A DNA stretch of 61,067 nucleotides, counting the filler. It is 4 parts of 4 records of this genome, joined end to end, with 100 filler letters (N's around TTAATTAATTAA, not from the genome) between each part and the next. Parts side by side here need not be neighbours in the genome. Positions count along the whole stretch, not along the records: positions 1 to 17,587 come from SRR2962707_4901; positions 17,688 to 44,626 come from SRR2962707_4905; 2 more parts are not named here. One strand, written 5' to 3'. The number at the start of each line of letters is the position of its first letter. Position 1 is the first letter of the stretch. The notes beneath the pieces were generated by a model. The model saw only the letters and a program-made list of their open reading frames with translations. It did not search any database and was not told the DNA's origin. Below, piece after piece: positions 9,616 through 18,293 of the stretch. Position numbers and translations under genes: made by a program.

Positions 9616-10992
9616 TTATCCTCCTTGTTTTGTGGTCGTTGCCGGGCCTGAAGTGCCTCCGGCGATCATCTGTCGCCGCGCGGCACGTTCCTGCCGGTAC
9701 AGGGCCTCAGCTCTCTTTTCGGTGTGTTCGGGTAGCGACAGAACCATATCCACCATCAGTTCTTTGGCACGCTCAACGCCGCCCTCCACTGCCAGCAACG
9801 CGAAACTCCAGGCATAAACACGGTTCACCTCGATGCCTTTTGCTTCCCAGTAAAGCTCGGCAAGGGCGTAATCCGCCTTTGGAAAGCCTCGGCGTGCCGC
9901 CGTCAGAAGATGCTGCTTCGCCTTTTCGGGATCTGGCTCCCCGAGATAGCCACGCTTGTAGATGCGCCCGAGCAGGTATTCCGCCGAGGGGTATTTTTCA
10001 CGCGCTTCCATGGCGTACTCGATCGCCTTCTTCGGATCGGTCGGCACAATGCGGCCTCGCTCATAGGCCCGGGCCAGTGACAGCGACGCCTTCAGGTCAC
10101 CATTGGCTCGCGCTTCCCGAAGCATCTCGATAACGACCTCCGGTTCAGCGAGGTAGTTGTTCTCCATGATCAACTTGGCGCGCGCCGTCAGGGCGGGCAC
10201 GTAGTCGGGCGTCAACATCTGGTAGAGTTCGTTGGTGGCAGCCACCTGTTTTTGCGGGGTTTCGTCGTCCGACAACCACCGCGCGAACAGGTACAGATCG
10301 CGATCTTCAATACTGCCCTGCTCCCAGGCCTGCTTGGCCCGGTCAACAAGTGCCTTCAGATCCTCACTCCGGCCATCAACCAGATACACTCTGGCGAGCA
10401 GTTGGAAGCATTCGGGCTGGGCCTCGGCAATGGGCGCACATAGGCCTTCAATCTCGTCCGTATGATTCTCGAACTGGCCGGTCAGCAGGTAGTAACGGGC
10501 CAGCGCCACGTCGCCTTTCGGATCTCCGGCGGCGCGGGCCTGCTGAATCAGCTCAAGCGGTTTGCCGTTGGGGAACTCCCGGGGGAAATGGATGTACAGG
10601 TTGATCAACGGGATCAACGCCGTCTTATCACCTTCCGCAAGCGCTTTGCGCAGGTAACGGGCGCCATTGGCCCGCTGCTCCGGGGTTTCCCCTTCCCGCG
10701 CATTCATCTTGCCTATCCGGATAGCAGCTCGCTCACTACCCTGCTCCGCGGCCTTCCTGTACCAATCCAGCGCCTTCTGGCGTGCTTCCGGTGTGTCCTG
10801 CGCACCATAAAGATCCCCCAGCTCCACCTGGGCGTCCGCCAGGCCAAACTTCGCCAGCTTTTCCAACTGCGCCCGGGCCTCCTGAACGTCACCTTCGGCA
10901 GCAGCCTTCTCAGCCCGCTGAATGTCGGGCAGGTTGCCGCAACCAGACAGCACCAGAGTGAACAGACCGGCAATGCACGCTACTCGCTTCAT
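9616..10992 (-). CDS. algK: Alginate secretion TPR/Sel1 lipoprotein AlgK
   Basis: MKR...LVLSGC lipobox from ATG 10992; Sel1-like repeats (AEYLLGRIYKRGYLG, ADYALAELY). ORF track starts at 11010. Confidence 0.92.
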   Translation of the reverse strand: MKRVACIAGLFTLVLSGCGNLPDIQRAEKAAAEGDVQEARAQLEKLAKFGLADAQVELGDLYGAQDTPEARQKALDWYRKAAEQGSERAAIRIGKMNAREGETPEQRANGARYLRKALAEGDKTALIPLINLYIHFPREFPNGKPLELIQQARAAGDPKGDVALARYYLLTGQFENHTDEIEGLCAPIAEAQPECFQLLARVYLVDGRSEDLKALVDRAKQAWEQGSIEDRDLYLFARWLSDDETPQKQVAATNELYQMLTPDYVPALTARAKLIMENNYLAEPEVVIEMLREARANGDLKASLSLARAYERGRIVPTDPKKAIEYAMEAREKYPSAEYLLGRIYKRGYLGEPDPEKAKQHLLTAARRGFPKADYALAELYWEAKGIEVNRVYAWSFALLAVEGGVERAKELMVDMVLSLPEHTEKRAEALYRQERAARRQMIAGGTSGPATTTKQGG

Positions 10993-11006
10993 GCTCCGCA
11001 ACTCCC

Positions 11007-12188
11007 TCAACCTTCCGAAAACCGTTCAACAACCTTCTGCAGGCTCGGCATCCGGAACTGGTCGACCGTGACACCAATGGGGCGTCCGATTGCTTCAATC
11101 GGCAGCGGTTCGGCGGATTCGATAGACGCACTGATTACGTCAACCAGTCCGCCCTGAGCCTGGGAGTTCACATACAGCGACGTAATGTGCCCGGTCTGTT
11201 CCTTGCCGTTGGGGAGCCGCAATATCACCTGCTGCCCTTCTTCGAGCTTTTCACCCTGGTTAAACGGGAAGTTGGCAACAACGTGGGCGGACGAGTCCAT
11301 CGGCGCCATAACCGCAAGCTGCTCACCCTTGCTCATGTACTGGTCTTCAGCCGGCCTCATGTTCACCACCTTGCAGTCACAGGGGCTGGTGATCGTTCCC
11401 CGAACCCGCTGGTCCAACAGCTCTTCGATCTGGCCGACGCTGTAGTTGCCCTCTCCAACCAGGTCATTCACATAAGACATCATGGGCGCGTCAAAAGTAG
11501 CGATAGCCTCGCCCGCCTTAACCTCCTGCCCAGGCTTGACCAGCGTTGTGACCTTTGCGTCTTTGGGAATCCGCAGGGGAATCTGCTCCGACGCCACCAT
11601 GGCGGACTCCGCCTTGGTTACGAAGTAGATGTCCCACAGCTCGGAGACCACAAAGCTGATCGCAAACAGACCTATCAACATCACGATCAAGCTTCCGACC
11701 ATGGCGCGAAGCTTGCCGAAGAATCCAAGGTCATTGCTGCCCTTGCCTTTGCGGGCCTTGGTGAAGTTTTCGCGGGACAGCGTGTTGAGCACATCGCCGG
11801 CGGAAACCACTTCACCGCTGAGGAATGCGGTAATGAGGTATCTCAGGGCGGAAACCTCCCGGGCTCCCAGATCCTGGAACTCACACCCACAGCGATCATT
11901 CATCGAATCGAAACTGCGCGGGACAAAGTTCACGTCAATGGCAAGATCAAAGCCGTCAACCTTGAACACCAGGCGACCCTTGTAGACCCGGCCCTGGCGA
12001 AACGACTCCAGGCCCGTGTTGACACTGAACCCGCCGGCCGACAGGTCGGCCACCGGAAAGTTGTGGGTTGAGCCACCAAGGTTTACAAACAGCTTGGCCG
12101 GAATTCTTACCCGGGCATACTGTCGCTGTGCCTCGGATTCATGGACAAACTGCGGTTCAATATCTGCCCTACTTGCTGCCATATTCAT
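11007..12188 (-). CDS. alg44: c-di-GMP-binding alginate co-polymerase Alg44 (PilZ, TM, membrane-fusion domain)
   Basis: VHESEAQRQYAR (RxxxR) and DLSAGG (DxSxxG) PilZ motifs, one TM helix, SPCDC motif. Start set at ATG 12188 with AAGGA upstream. Confidence 0.94.
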   Translation of the reverse strand: MNMAASRADIEPQFVHESEAQRQYARVRIPAKLFVNLGGSTHNFPVADLSAGGFSVNTGLESFRQGRVYKGRLVFKVDGFDLAIDVNFVPRSFDSMNDRCGCEFQDLGAREVSALRYLITAFLSGEVVSAGDVLNTLSRENFTKARKGKGSNDLGFFGKLRAMVGSLIVMLIGLFAISFVVSELWDIYFVTKAESAMVASEQIPLRIPKDAKVTTLVKPGQEVKAGEAIATFDAPMMSYVNDLVGEGNYSVGQIEELLDQRVRGTITSPCDCKVVNMRPAEDQYMSKGEQLAVMAPMDSSAHVVANFPFNQGEKLEEGQQVILRLPNGKEQTGHITSLYVNSQAQGGLVDVISASIESAEPLPIEAIGRPIGVTVDQFRMPSLQKVVERFSEG

Positions 12189-12251
12189 TGCTTTGATCCT
12201 TGTGTGTTGTCCCAACGATGATTGGTGTACATAAGAAAAACTCCCCTTGCG

Positions 12252-13736
12252 CTATACCAGCTTCATCACCACCGCCAGAAAGACACTGCCTGCGGATATC
12301 GTCATCACTCTTGACGACCAACGGTTCATGCGTTGTTGGAAAGACGCGTTGTTCGCGCTGAACCGGGTTTTCTGGCGTGTCCACGACTGTCGGTCGAGCC
12401 GGAAAAAGACATAGATTTTCACCAGCGAGCCGAAGATCTGGTTGAAATAGAGAATGCACGGATAGGCTGGCCCGACCGAATGTCCGGTAGTGATAAGCAG
12501 CAACGTCAGCACCAAACGGGTAAGCCCGATCCAAAGCAGGTAGGCCACCAGCACAATACCGGAGTACTTGATGGACGCGACGATAGCCGCAGTCAGCCCC
12601 AGGATGCTGGTCCACATTGAAATGCGCTGGTCATACAGCACGTACCAGGTAAACCATCCAAGGCGCCGGGGGCCAAGCTTGGTAGCCCGTGAATTCTGCC
12701 GCAGGGAGTTGCCATACCAGCGAAACATCAGCTGACGGGCAGAACGGATAAAGCTGGGGTCAGGTGGATGCTCCACTGTGCGAATCGTGGCGTCCGGCAC
12801 ATAGAAGGTGTCGTACCCCAGGCGCATCATGCTGAACCAGCTGGACTTGTCATCGCCGGTCAGAAAGCGGAATTCACCCAGCCGCCAGTGCTTCAGGGAG
12901 TCATACTCCACGTCGCTGATGAACTCCGGGCGCGTAACCACGCTGGCCCGGAATACCGACATGCGACCGGTGAGCGTCAAAACCCGATACGACAGCCCCA
13001 TCGAGCACATATTCATGTGGCGCTGGGCGAACCTCAGCTTGTGCCATTCAGACATCAGATAGCTGCCGCGCACCTCGCAAAACTCGTTGGTGGTCAGCGC
13101 GCCGATGTTCGGCATCAACCGGAAGTAAGGGGCGGTTTTACGTACCACTCCGGGTTCCAGCACGGTATCGCCGTCCACCACGGCCACCACGGCATTCTCG
13201 TCAGGCAGATCCCGTGAAATGGCACGAAAGCCGTACGCCAGACCATCCCGCTTACCGGTCCCCGGAATGCGCACAATCTTGAGCCTGATGTGGCTGGGTG
13301 GGTCAAGCTTCCGCCACATTGCCCGCATGAGCATTTCATCGGAAAGCTCCACCACCGATGCCACCACCGTTGTCGGCCAACCACACTCAACCGCTTCGCG
13401 GATAATAGAGTTGTAAACCATGGCCGTGGTGTCGGCATCGATACGGAAACTGGTCACCATCAGATAGACATGGGACGGAGCGGCGTCTTCGCCCAACGCC
13501 TTTGCCCGGCGCCGAATCTTGGGGAATGCCCATTTAAGGAAATACATCGCACGCAAAAAGTGGATAAACCCAACGGAGTACCGCCAGATACCAATCACCC
13601 CGATGACCAGGAGGAAGTGGGCGCCGCCCCTCACCGTATAGGTAGTGGGCAAAGAGATCGCCAACGCCCCGAGTACGGAGAGAAAAAGCAGCCAACCGCC
13701 TGTTCTGGACACTATGTTGTCTGAGATATAAGACAT
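12252..13736 (-). CDS. alg8: Alginate polymerase Alg8 (GT2)
   Basis: [28 protein letters not shown] and LMFRWYGN motifs. ATG 13736 with AGGA upstream gives 494 aa; ORF track starts at 13817. Confidence 0.95.
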   Translation of the reverse strand: MSYISDNIVSRTGGWLLFLSVLGALAISLPTTYTVRGGAHFLLVIGVIGIWRYSVGFIHFLRAMYFLKWAFPKIRRRAKALGEDAAPSHVYLMVTSFRIDADTTAMVYNSIIREAVECGWPTTVVASVVELSDEMLMRAMWRKLDPPSHIRLKIVRIPGTGKRDGLAYGFRAISRDLPDENAVVAVVDGDTVLEPGVVRKTAPYFRLMPNIGALTTNEFCEVRGSYLMSEWHKLRFAQRHMNMCSMGLSYRVLTLTGRMSVFRASVVTRPEFISDVEYDSLKHWRLGEFRFLTGDDKSSWFSMMRLGYDTFYVPDATIRTVEHPPDPSFIRSARQLMFRWYGNSLRQNSRATKLGPRRLGWFTWYVLYDQRISMWTSILGLTAAIVASIKYSGIVLVAYLLWIGLTRLVLTLLLITTGHSVGPAYPCILYFNQIFGSLVKIYVFFRLDRQSWTRQKTRFSANNASFQQRMNRWSSRVMTISAGSVFLAVVMKLV

Positions 13737-13775
13737 GCCGTCCGTTCCTGAAATAACATTCCGTGCGTTTTCTGA

Positions 13776-13815
13776 GCGTGACGCCCCGCCCCACCAGGGC
13801 ACCAGGACGTCACGC
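13776..13815 (-). other. GC-rich intergenic stem-loop between algD and alg8
   Basis: GCGTGACGTCC...GGGCGTCACGC 11-bp stem (one G-U pair) on the minus strand; no U-tract. Confidence 0.55.
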
Positions 13816-13829
13816 ATGGGGGTGAAGAC

Positions 13830-15140
13830 TTACCAGCAGATGCCTTCCAGCACCTCGGTACTTGTGGTCTTCATGAAGCCCACAAGGTCAATCACCCGCT
13901 TGCCCTCAGGCACTTCCGAAATCACCGTTTCGAACAGCTCGTCGTTGTTGCCGACCACGATCACGTCCGCGTGATCAATCACGCCACGCAGGTCGCTGTG
14001 CATCAGGTTCGAGAGGTGCGGAATCTTCTGGTTGATGTATTCACGGTTGGCGCCGTGGGTGCGGGCGTAATCCACATTGCGGTCGAAGATCTGCAGGTCA
14101 TACCCCTTGCCAATCAGCATCTCGGCCAGCTCCACCAGCGGGCTTTCCCGCAGATCGTCGGTGTTGGACTTGAAGCTCAGGCCGAGCATGCTCACCTTGC
14201 GGCAGCCATAGCCGGTGAGGATCTTGAAGGCATGAGCAACCTGCTCATTGTTGCTGCTCATGATCGAACTCAGCAGCGGGTGCTTCACGTCCATCTGATT
14301 GGCCCGATAGGTCAGTGCCCGCACGTCTTTGGGCAGGCAGGAACCACCGAAGGCGAAGCCCGGGCGCATGTAATAACGTGAAATGTTCAGCTTCTTGTCC
14401 TGGCAGACAACGTCCATGACGTCCCGGCCGTCCACGCCCATCGACTTGGCAATATTGCCGATCTCGTTGGCGAAGCTGACTTTGGTCGCGTGCCAGATGT
14501 TGCAGGTGTACTTGATCATCTCAGCCACTTCGATGGGCTTACGGATGATGGGGGCATCAAGGTCCTGGTATATCCGCGCCAGGAACTCGCCGGAGCGTTC
14601 GTCGAGCTCACCAATGACCGTCATCGGAGGGTGGTCATAATCCTTGATCGCCGTGCTTTCCCGCAGGAACTCCGGGTTCACACACACCCCAAAATCAACG
14701 CCGGCGCGTTTGCCGGACGCTTTCTCCAAAGCCGGGATGACCACCTCACGAACCGTTCCGGGCAGCACCGTGCTACGCACCGCTACCAGGTGCCAGTCGC
14801 CCTTGTCCTTCAGGGCATTACCGATATCGCCGCACACTTTCTCGACAAACTGCAGATCAAGATCGCCATTCGGCTTGCTGGGCGTGCCCACGCAGATCAT
14901 CGACAGCTCACTCTCCTGGACCGCGATGTGCCCGTCGGTAACGCCGTTGATGAATCCGTTCTCGCGCCCGCTCCGGAGCAGCTCCTCCAGCCCCGGCTCC
15001 ACAATGGGAGACCTGCCGCTGTTGATCAGATCAATTTTGATGGGCGACACATCCACACCGACCACGTGATGCCCCCGCTGGGCCAGACTGGCGGTACACA
15101 CCGCCCCGACATAACCCAAACCAAAAATACTGACTCGCAT
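13830..15140 (-). CDS. algD: GDP-mannose 6-dehydrogenase
   Basis: MRVSIFGLGYVG, NPEFLRES, GFAFGGSCLPKD and FKSNTDDLRESP motifs; ends EGICW. Start at ATG 15140 with AAGGA RBS, not the track's 15200. Confidence 0.97.
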   Translation of the reverse strand: MRVSIFGLGYVGAVCTASLAQRGHHVVGVDVSPIKIDLINSGRSPIVEPGLEELLRSGRENGFINGVTDGHIAVQESELSMICVGTPSKPNGDLDLQFVEKVCGDIGNALKDKGDWHLVAVRSTVLPGTVREVVIPALEKASGKRAGVDFGVCVNPEFLRESTAIKDYDHPPMTVIGELDERSGEFLARIYQDLDAPIIRKPIEVAEMIKYTCNIWHATKVSFANEIGNIAKSMGVDGRDVMDVVCQDKKLNISRYYMRPGFAFGGSCLPKDVRALTYRANQMDVKHPLLSSIMSSNNEQVAHAFKILTGYGCRKVSMLGLSFKSNTDDLRESPLVELAEMLIGKGYDLQIFDRNVDYARTHGANREYINQKIPHLSNLMHSDLRGVIDHADVIVVGNNDELFETVISEVPEGKRVIDLVGFMKTTSTEVLEGICW

Positions 15141-15167
15141 ATCCTTTACTCCCCTGACTGTCATCCA

Positions 15168-15189
15168 GCGACTCCCACCCGGGAGCCGC
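15168..15189 (-). promoter_or_regulatory. Hairpin in the putative algD 5' UTR
   Basis: GCGGCTCCC-GGGT-GGGAGTCGC 9-bp stem, about 30 nt upstream of the start codon, with several GGA motifs around it. Confidence 0.5.
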
Positions 15190-15278
15190 CATGAATCCAA
15201 CGACTGACTACTGGTTGACTGATGACACTCAAAAGGCTCGGTACAGCGACCCCGAAATCGGAAAAGAGGTTCTTTTTT

Positions 15279-15305
15279 GAACTTTTCCCCGCGACCGGTG
15301 TCTGA
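15279..15305 (+). promoter_or_regulatory. sigmaE/AlgU-type promoter, divergent from algD
   Basis: GAACTT-N16-TCTGA, an exact match to the AlgU consensus GAACTT-N16/17-TCTGA. Confidence 0.6.
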
Positions 15306-15775
15306 TTACGAACAGGCACGCTCAACAGAAAACGTTGCCCTGATGCGCCTTTTGAGTATCCAGTTTGAGTTGGGGGAACACGAAGACGGACAAATCACCG
15401 GCAAGCGATCTACGTCGTCCACAGCGTTCCAACAGCCAGAAAACTATCGTAACGAAACGTTAAATGCCTGTTACGAAAAGATAATTTCAACTATAGGCAA
15501 GAGATACATGTCTTGATTTTTGGTGTGCACAATTGGAATACAGGAAAGACCTAGTCGCCTGACAACGCAGAAGAAATGAAAAAGGAAATCATCAGAGCAT
15601 GCACCGATAAGGTACATATGAGAGAAAGGAGTGCGCTTTTCTATTTCGTAATCGCAAAAAAATAAAAATCGATATTATAAAATCGAATCAAACGCGATTT
15701 TTTCGTATGGAACCCATTTGAATCTTTCGTCGTTATACAGGGTCGTATCGAGAAAAATACCGCTCAAAGACAGTG

Positions 15776-15799
15776 AAACTCAGCCGATCACCGACTGAG
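15776..15799 (-). terminator. Probable intrinsic terminator of the SDR gene
   Basis: CTCAGTCG-GTGAT-CGGCTGAG followed by TTT on the minus strand, about 55 nt after the SDR stop; the U-tract is short. Confidence 0.45.
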
Positions 15800-15853
15800 C
15801 CCCACCCCTGAACCCCACCAAAGAGGTGAGATTCGTGTTAACGCGCAGCTGCT

Positions 15854-16618
15854 TTATTTAGGCGCCATGCGCAGTGCACAGTCCAGGCGGATAACCTCCC
15901 CGTTGAGGATCGGGTTGCGCACCATTTGATCTACCAACATGCCAAACTCTTCAGCCTTGCCCAATCGCTTGGGGAAAGGCAGCGTGGCCGCGAGACTGTC
16001 CTGCACTTCCTGTGGCATGCCCGCCATCATTGGCGTCATAAAGATTCCCGGAGCAATGGTGTTGACCCGAATACCTTCCCGGGCAAGCTCGCGGGCGGCC
16101 TGAAGGGTCAGCGATACCACGCCACCCTTTGACGCACTGTAGGCTGCCTGGCCAATCTGGCCCTCGTAAGCCGCCACAGACGCCGTGTTGATAATCACAC
16201 CCCGTTCGCCATCCGCATTGGGCTCCCGCTGGGCCATATCGGCCGCAGCAAGCCGCAGAATATTGAAGGAGCCAATCAGGTTGACCTGAACCACCTTGCT
16301 GAATGCCTCAAGCGGCATCACACCGTCCCGGCCCAGGATCTTTGCGGCCGGAGCAATACCCGCGCAGCTGACGGCCACGCCGCAGGGCCCATGCGCCTTA
16401 CGGGCTTCGCTGAACGCAGCTTCCGCACTGTCAGAAGACGTCACGTCGCAGTAAATAAAGACGCCCCCAATGTCTTCCGCCACTTTTCTACCCTGCTCCT
16501 CCTGAACATCCAGAATCGCCACACGGCACCCAGCTGCCGCCAGGGCACGCGCTGAGCCCTCGCCCAAGCCGGATGCACCGCCTGTTACAATCGCTGCCAC
16601 ATTTTTGAATTCCATCAT
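15854..16618 (-). CDS. SDR-family 3-hydroxyacyl-CoA dehydrogenase (HSD10-like)
   Basis: [31 protein letters not shown] and NGEVIRLD motifs; divergent from liuR. Confidence 0.9.
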   Translation of the reverse strand: MMEFKNVAAIVTGGASGLGEGSARALAAAGCRVAILDVQEEQGRKVAEDIGGVFIYCDVTSSDSAEAAFSEARKAHGPCGVAVSCAGIAPAAKILGRDGVMPLEAFSKVVQVNLIGSFNILRLAAADMAQREPNADGERGVIINTASVAAYEGQIGQAAYSASKGGVVSLTLQAARELAREGIRVNTIAPGIFMTPMMAGMPQEVQDSLAATLPFPKRLGKAEEFGMLVDQMVRNPILNGEVIRLDCALRMAPK

Positions 16619-16666
16619 TCACTCCTGTTTCACATATCTGTTGGTTGAAATCGGGCCTTAAAAATA

Positions 16667-16684
16667 CTTTACGTTTACGTAAAC
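16667..16684. promoter_or_regulatory. LiuR operator
   Basis: CTTTACGTTTACGTAAAC matches the LiuR palindrome TTTACGTwwACGTAAA; lies between the divergent SDR and liuR genes. Confidence 0.85.
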
Positions 16685-16717
16685 TTTATCTAACCTAAGT
16701 CTAAAAAGGAAATCTCT

Positions 16718-17164
16718 ATGGACATCAAGAAAACTTACAGCATCAGCGAGCTGGCCAAAGAGTTCGACGTGACGACACGAAGCGTACGCTTCTACGAAGA
16801 TCAGGGTCTACTGCACCCCACCCGGCGCGGCCAGACCCGGATCTTCAGCTCGAAGGACCGGGTGCGGCTGAAGCTGATCCTCCGGGGCAAACGCATGGGC
16901 TTTTCCCTGGCGGAAACCAAGGAGCTTTTTGACCTGTGGGACGAAACCCTCAGCGGCAACGAAAAACAGCTCCTGCTGATGCTGGACACCCTGGCCCGCA
17001 AACGGGCGCAACTGGAGCAACAGAAAAACGACATTGCCCAGGCAGAAATGGAAATGGACACCGCAGAAGCAAGATGCCGCGAGGCGCTTGCTGACCTGCA
17101 ACAACGAAAGCGTAAACAGACAAAGGCCACCACCAAAGAGCCTGAGTCCACCGAGCAGAAATAA
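16718..17164 (+). CDS. liuR: MerR-family regulator of leucine/isovalerate utilisation
   Basis: YSISELAKEFDVTTRSVRFYEDQGLL...RLKLILRGKRMGFSL; upstream of isovaleryl-CoA dehydrogenase with a LiuR box. Confidence 0.88.
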   Translation: MDIKKTYSISELAKEFDVTTRSVRFYEDQGLLHPTRRGQTRIFSSKDRVRLKLILRGKRMGFSLAETKELFDLWDETLSGNEKQLLLMLDTLARKRAQLEQQKNDIAQAEMEMDTAEARCREALADLQQRKRKQTKATTKEPESTEQK

Positions 17165-17189
17165 CAGCAAGATCAAAAGGTAGCCAACC

Positions 17190-17587
17190 ATGAAATCACA
17201 ATACTCAGAGTTCAACTTCGGCCTCGGCGAGACCCTGGACATGCTGCGCGAGCAGATCAACGGCTTTGCCGCCAGTGAAATCGCCCCCCGCGCCGAAGCC
17301 ATCGACCATGACAACCTGTTCCCCAACGACCTGTGGAAAAAGTTCGGTGACATGGGCCTGCTGGGTATTACCGTTGACGAAGCCTACGGCGGCTCCGGCA
17401 TGGGCTACCTCGCACACGTCATCGCCATGGAAGAAATAAGCCGCGCCTCGGCCTCCGTGGGACTCTCTTACGGCGCGCACTCCAACCTGTGCGTCAACCA
17501 GATCAACCGCAACGGCTCCGACGAGCAGAAAGCAAAGTACCTGCCCAAGCTCATCAGCGGTGAACACATCGGCGCCCTGGCCATGTC
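17190..17587 (+). CDS. liuA: Isovaleryl-CoA dehydrogenase, 5' part (truncated at contig end)
   Basis: [27 protein letters not shown] and EHIGALAMS acyl-CoA dehydrogenase motifs. Confidence 0.9.
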
Positions 17588-17687
17588 NNNNNNNNNNNNN
17601 NNNNNNNNNNNNNNNNNNNNNNNNNNNNNNNTTAATTAATTAANNNNNNNNNNNNNNNNNNNNNNNNNNNNNNNNNNNNNNNNNNNN
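17588..17687. other. Artificial contig linker
   Basis: N44-TTAATTAATTAA-N44 (stops in all six frames); base composition and gene style change across it. Confidence 0.98.
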
Positions 17688-17722
17688 AATGCGCCGCAAG
17701 ATCATTTTAGAGCCTATGGCGC

Positions 17723-18139
17723 TTAATCGTGAACACTATTGTTACGATAGTTTTCAGAGGCAATAGTAATCCGTGGCATGCTCTCTTCTATCCAATCGGC
17801 GAGCACCCTCACCTTTTGGGCCGCTTCCAAGCCTAGCGGAGTAAGGCTGTATTCTACATGCGGTGGCACAACATCAAAAGACTTGCGCAGCACCAAACCG
17901 TCCTGTTCTAGCCACTGCAGCGTTTGCGCCAACATACGCTCGCTGACGCCGCCGATTTTGCGGCGAAGCGCGCTGAAACGATGCGTTTCAGTTTCCAGAG
18001 CAATCAAAATGAGCACACCCCAGCGGCTTGTCATGTGCTTTAACACATCACGCGATGGGCAAGCCTGCGCCATGAGATTCCCGCGGCTAAGCTGGCTCGA
18101 TAGACTTTCTGGTTTTATCTCAATTTCCTGTTTTGTCAT
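17723..18139 (-). CDS. HxlR-family winged-HTH regulator (YtfH/QorR-like)
   Basis: ACPSRDVLKHMTSRWG, GGVSERMLAQTL and VPPHVEYSLTPLG motifs; divergent from a quinone reductase. Confidence 0.88.
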   Translation of the reverse strand: MTKQEIEIKPESLSSQLSRGNLMAQACPSRDVLKHMTSRWGVLILIALETETHRFSALRRKIGGVSERMLAQTLQWLEQDGLVLRKSFDVVPPHVEYSLTPLGLEAAQKVRVLADWIEESMPRITIASENYRNNSVHD

Positions 18140-18147
18140 TTTCTTAC

Positions 18148-18165
18148 ACTTACATTAATGTAGGT
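18148..18165. promoter_or_regulatory. Candidate operator of the HxlR-family regulator
   Basis: Near-palindrome ACTTACATTAATGTAGGT just upstream of the regulator start, within the divergent intergenic region. Confidence 0.5.
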
Positions 18166-18293
18166 ACTTACTATTAGTTTGTGATCGATATATATGCTGA
18201 TCGTAAGGCGAAATCAACGGTTTTTAAAAACGCAAAAGCAAACCGCCATTTCAGCCAGCTGAATTAACTTCGCAAACGAAAAAGGAAGACAAA

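Noticed and set aside
1..15140. algC absent from the alginate operon
   Set aside because: algC is also unlinked in Pseudomonas.
2572..15194. Long antisense ORFs over alg genes (e.g. 2572-3297, 5722-6483, 11187-12071, 14490-15194)
   Set aside because: Shadow ORFs expected from GC-rich codon usage; no motifs.
15277..15516. 79-aa + strand ORF upstream of algD
   Set aside because: Its TTG start lies within the promoter motif, it has no RBS and no recognisable domain; kept only as part of the divergent-transcript hypothesis.
17632..17643. TTAATTAATTAA palindrome, repeated at 44671 and 52714
   Set aside because: Always centred in identical N-runs; a synthetic all-frame-stop linker, not a biological repeat.
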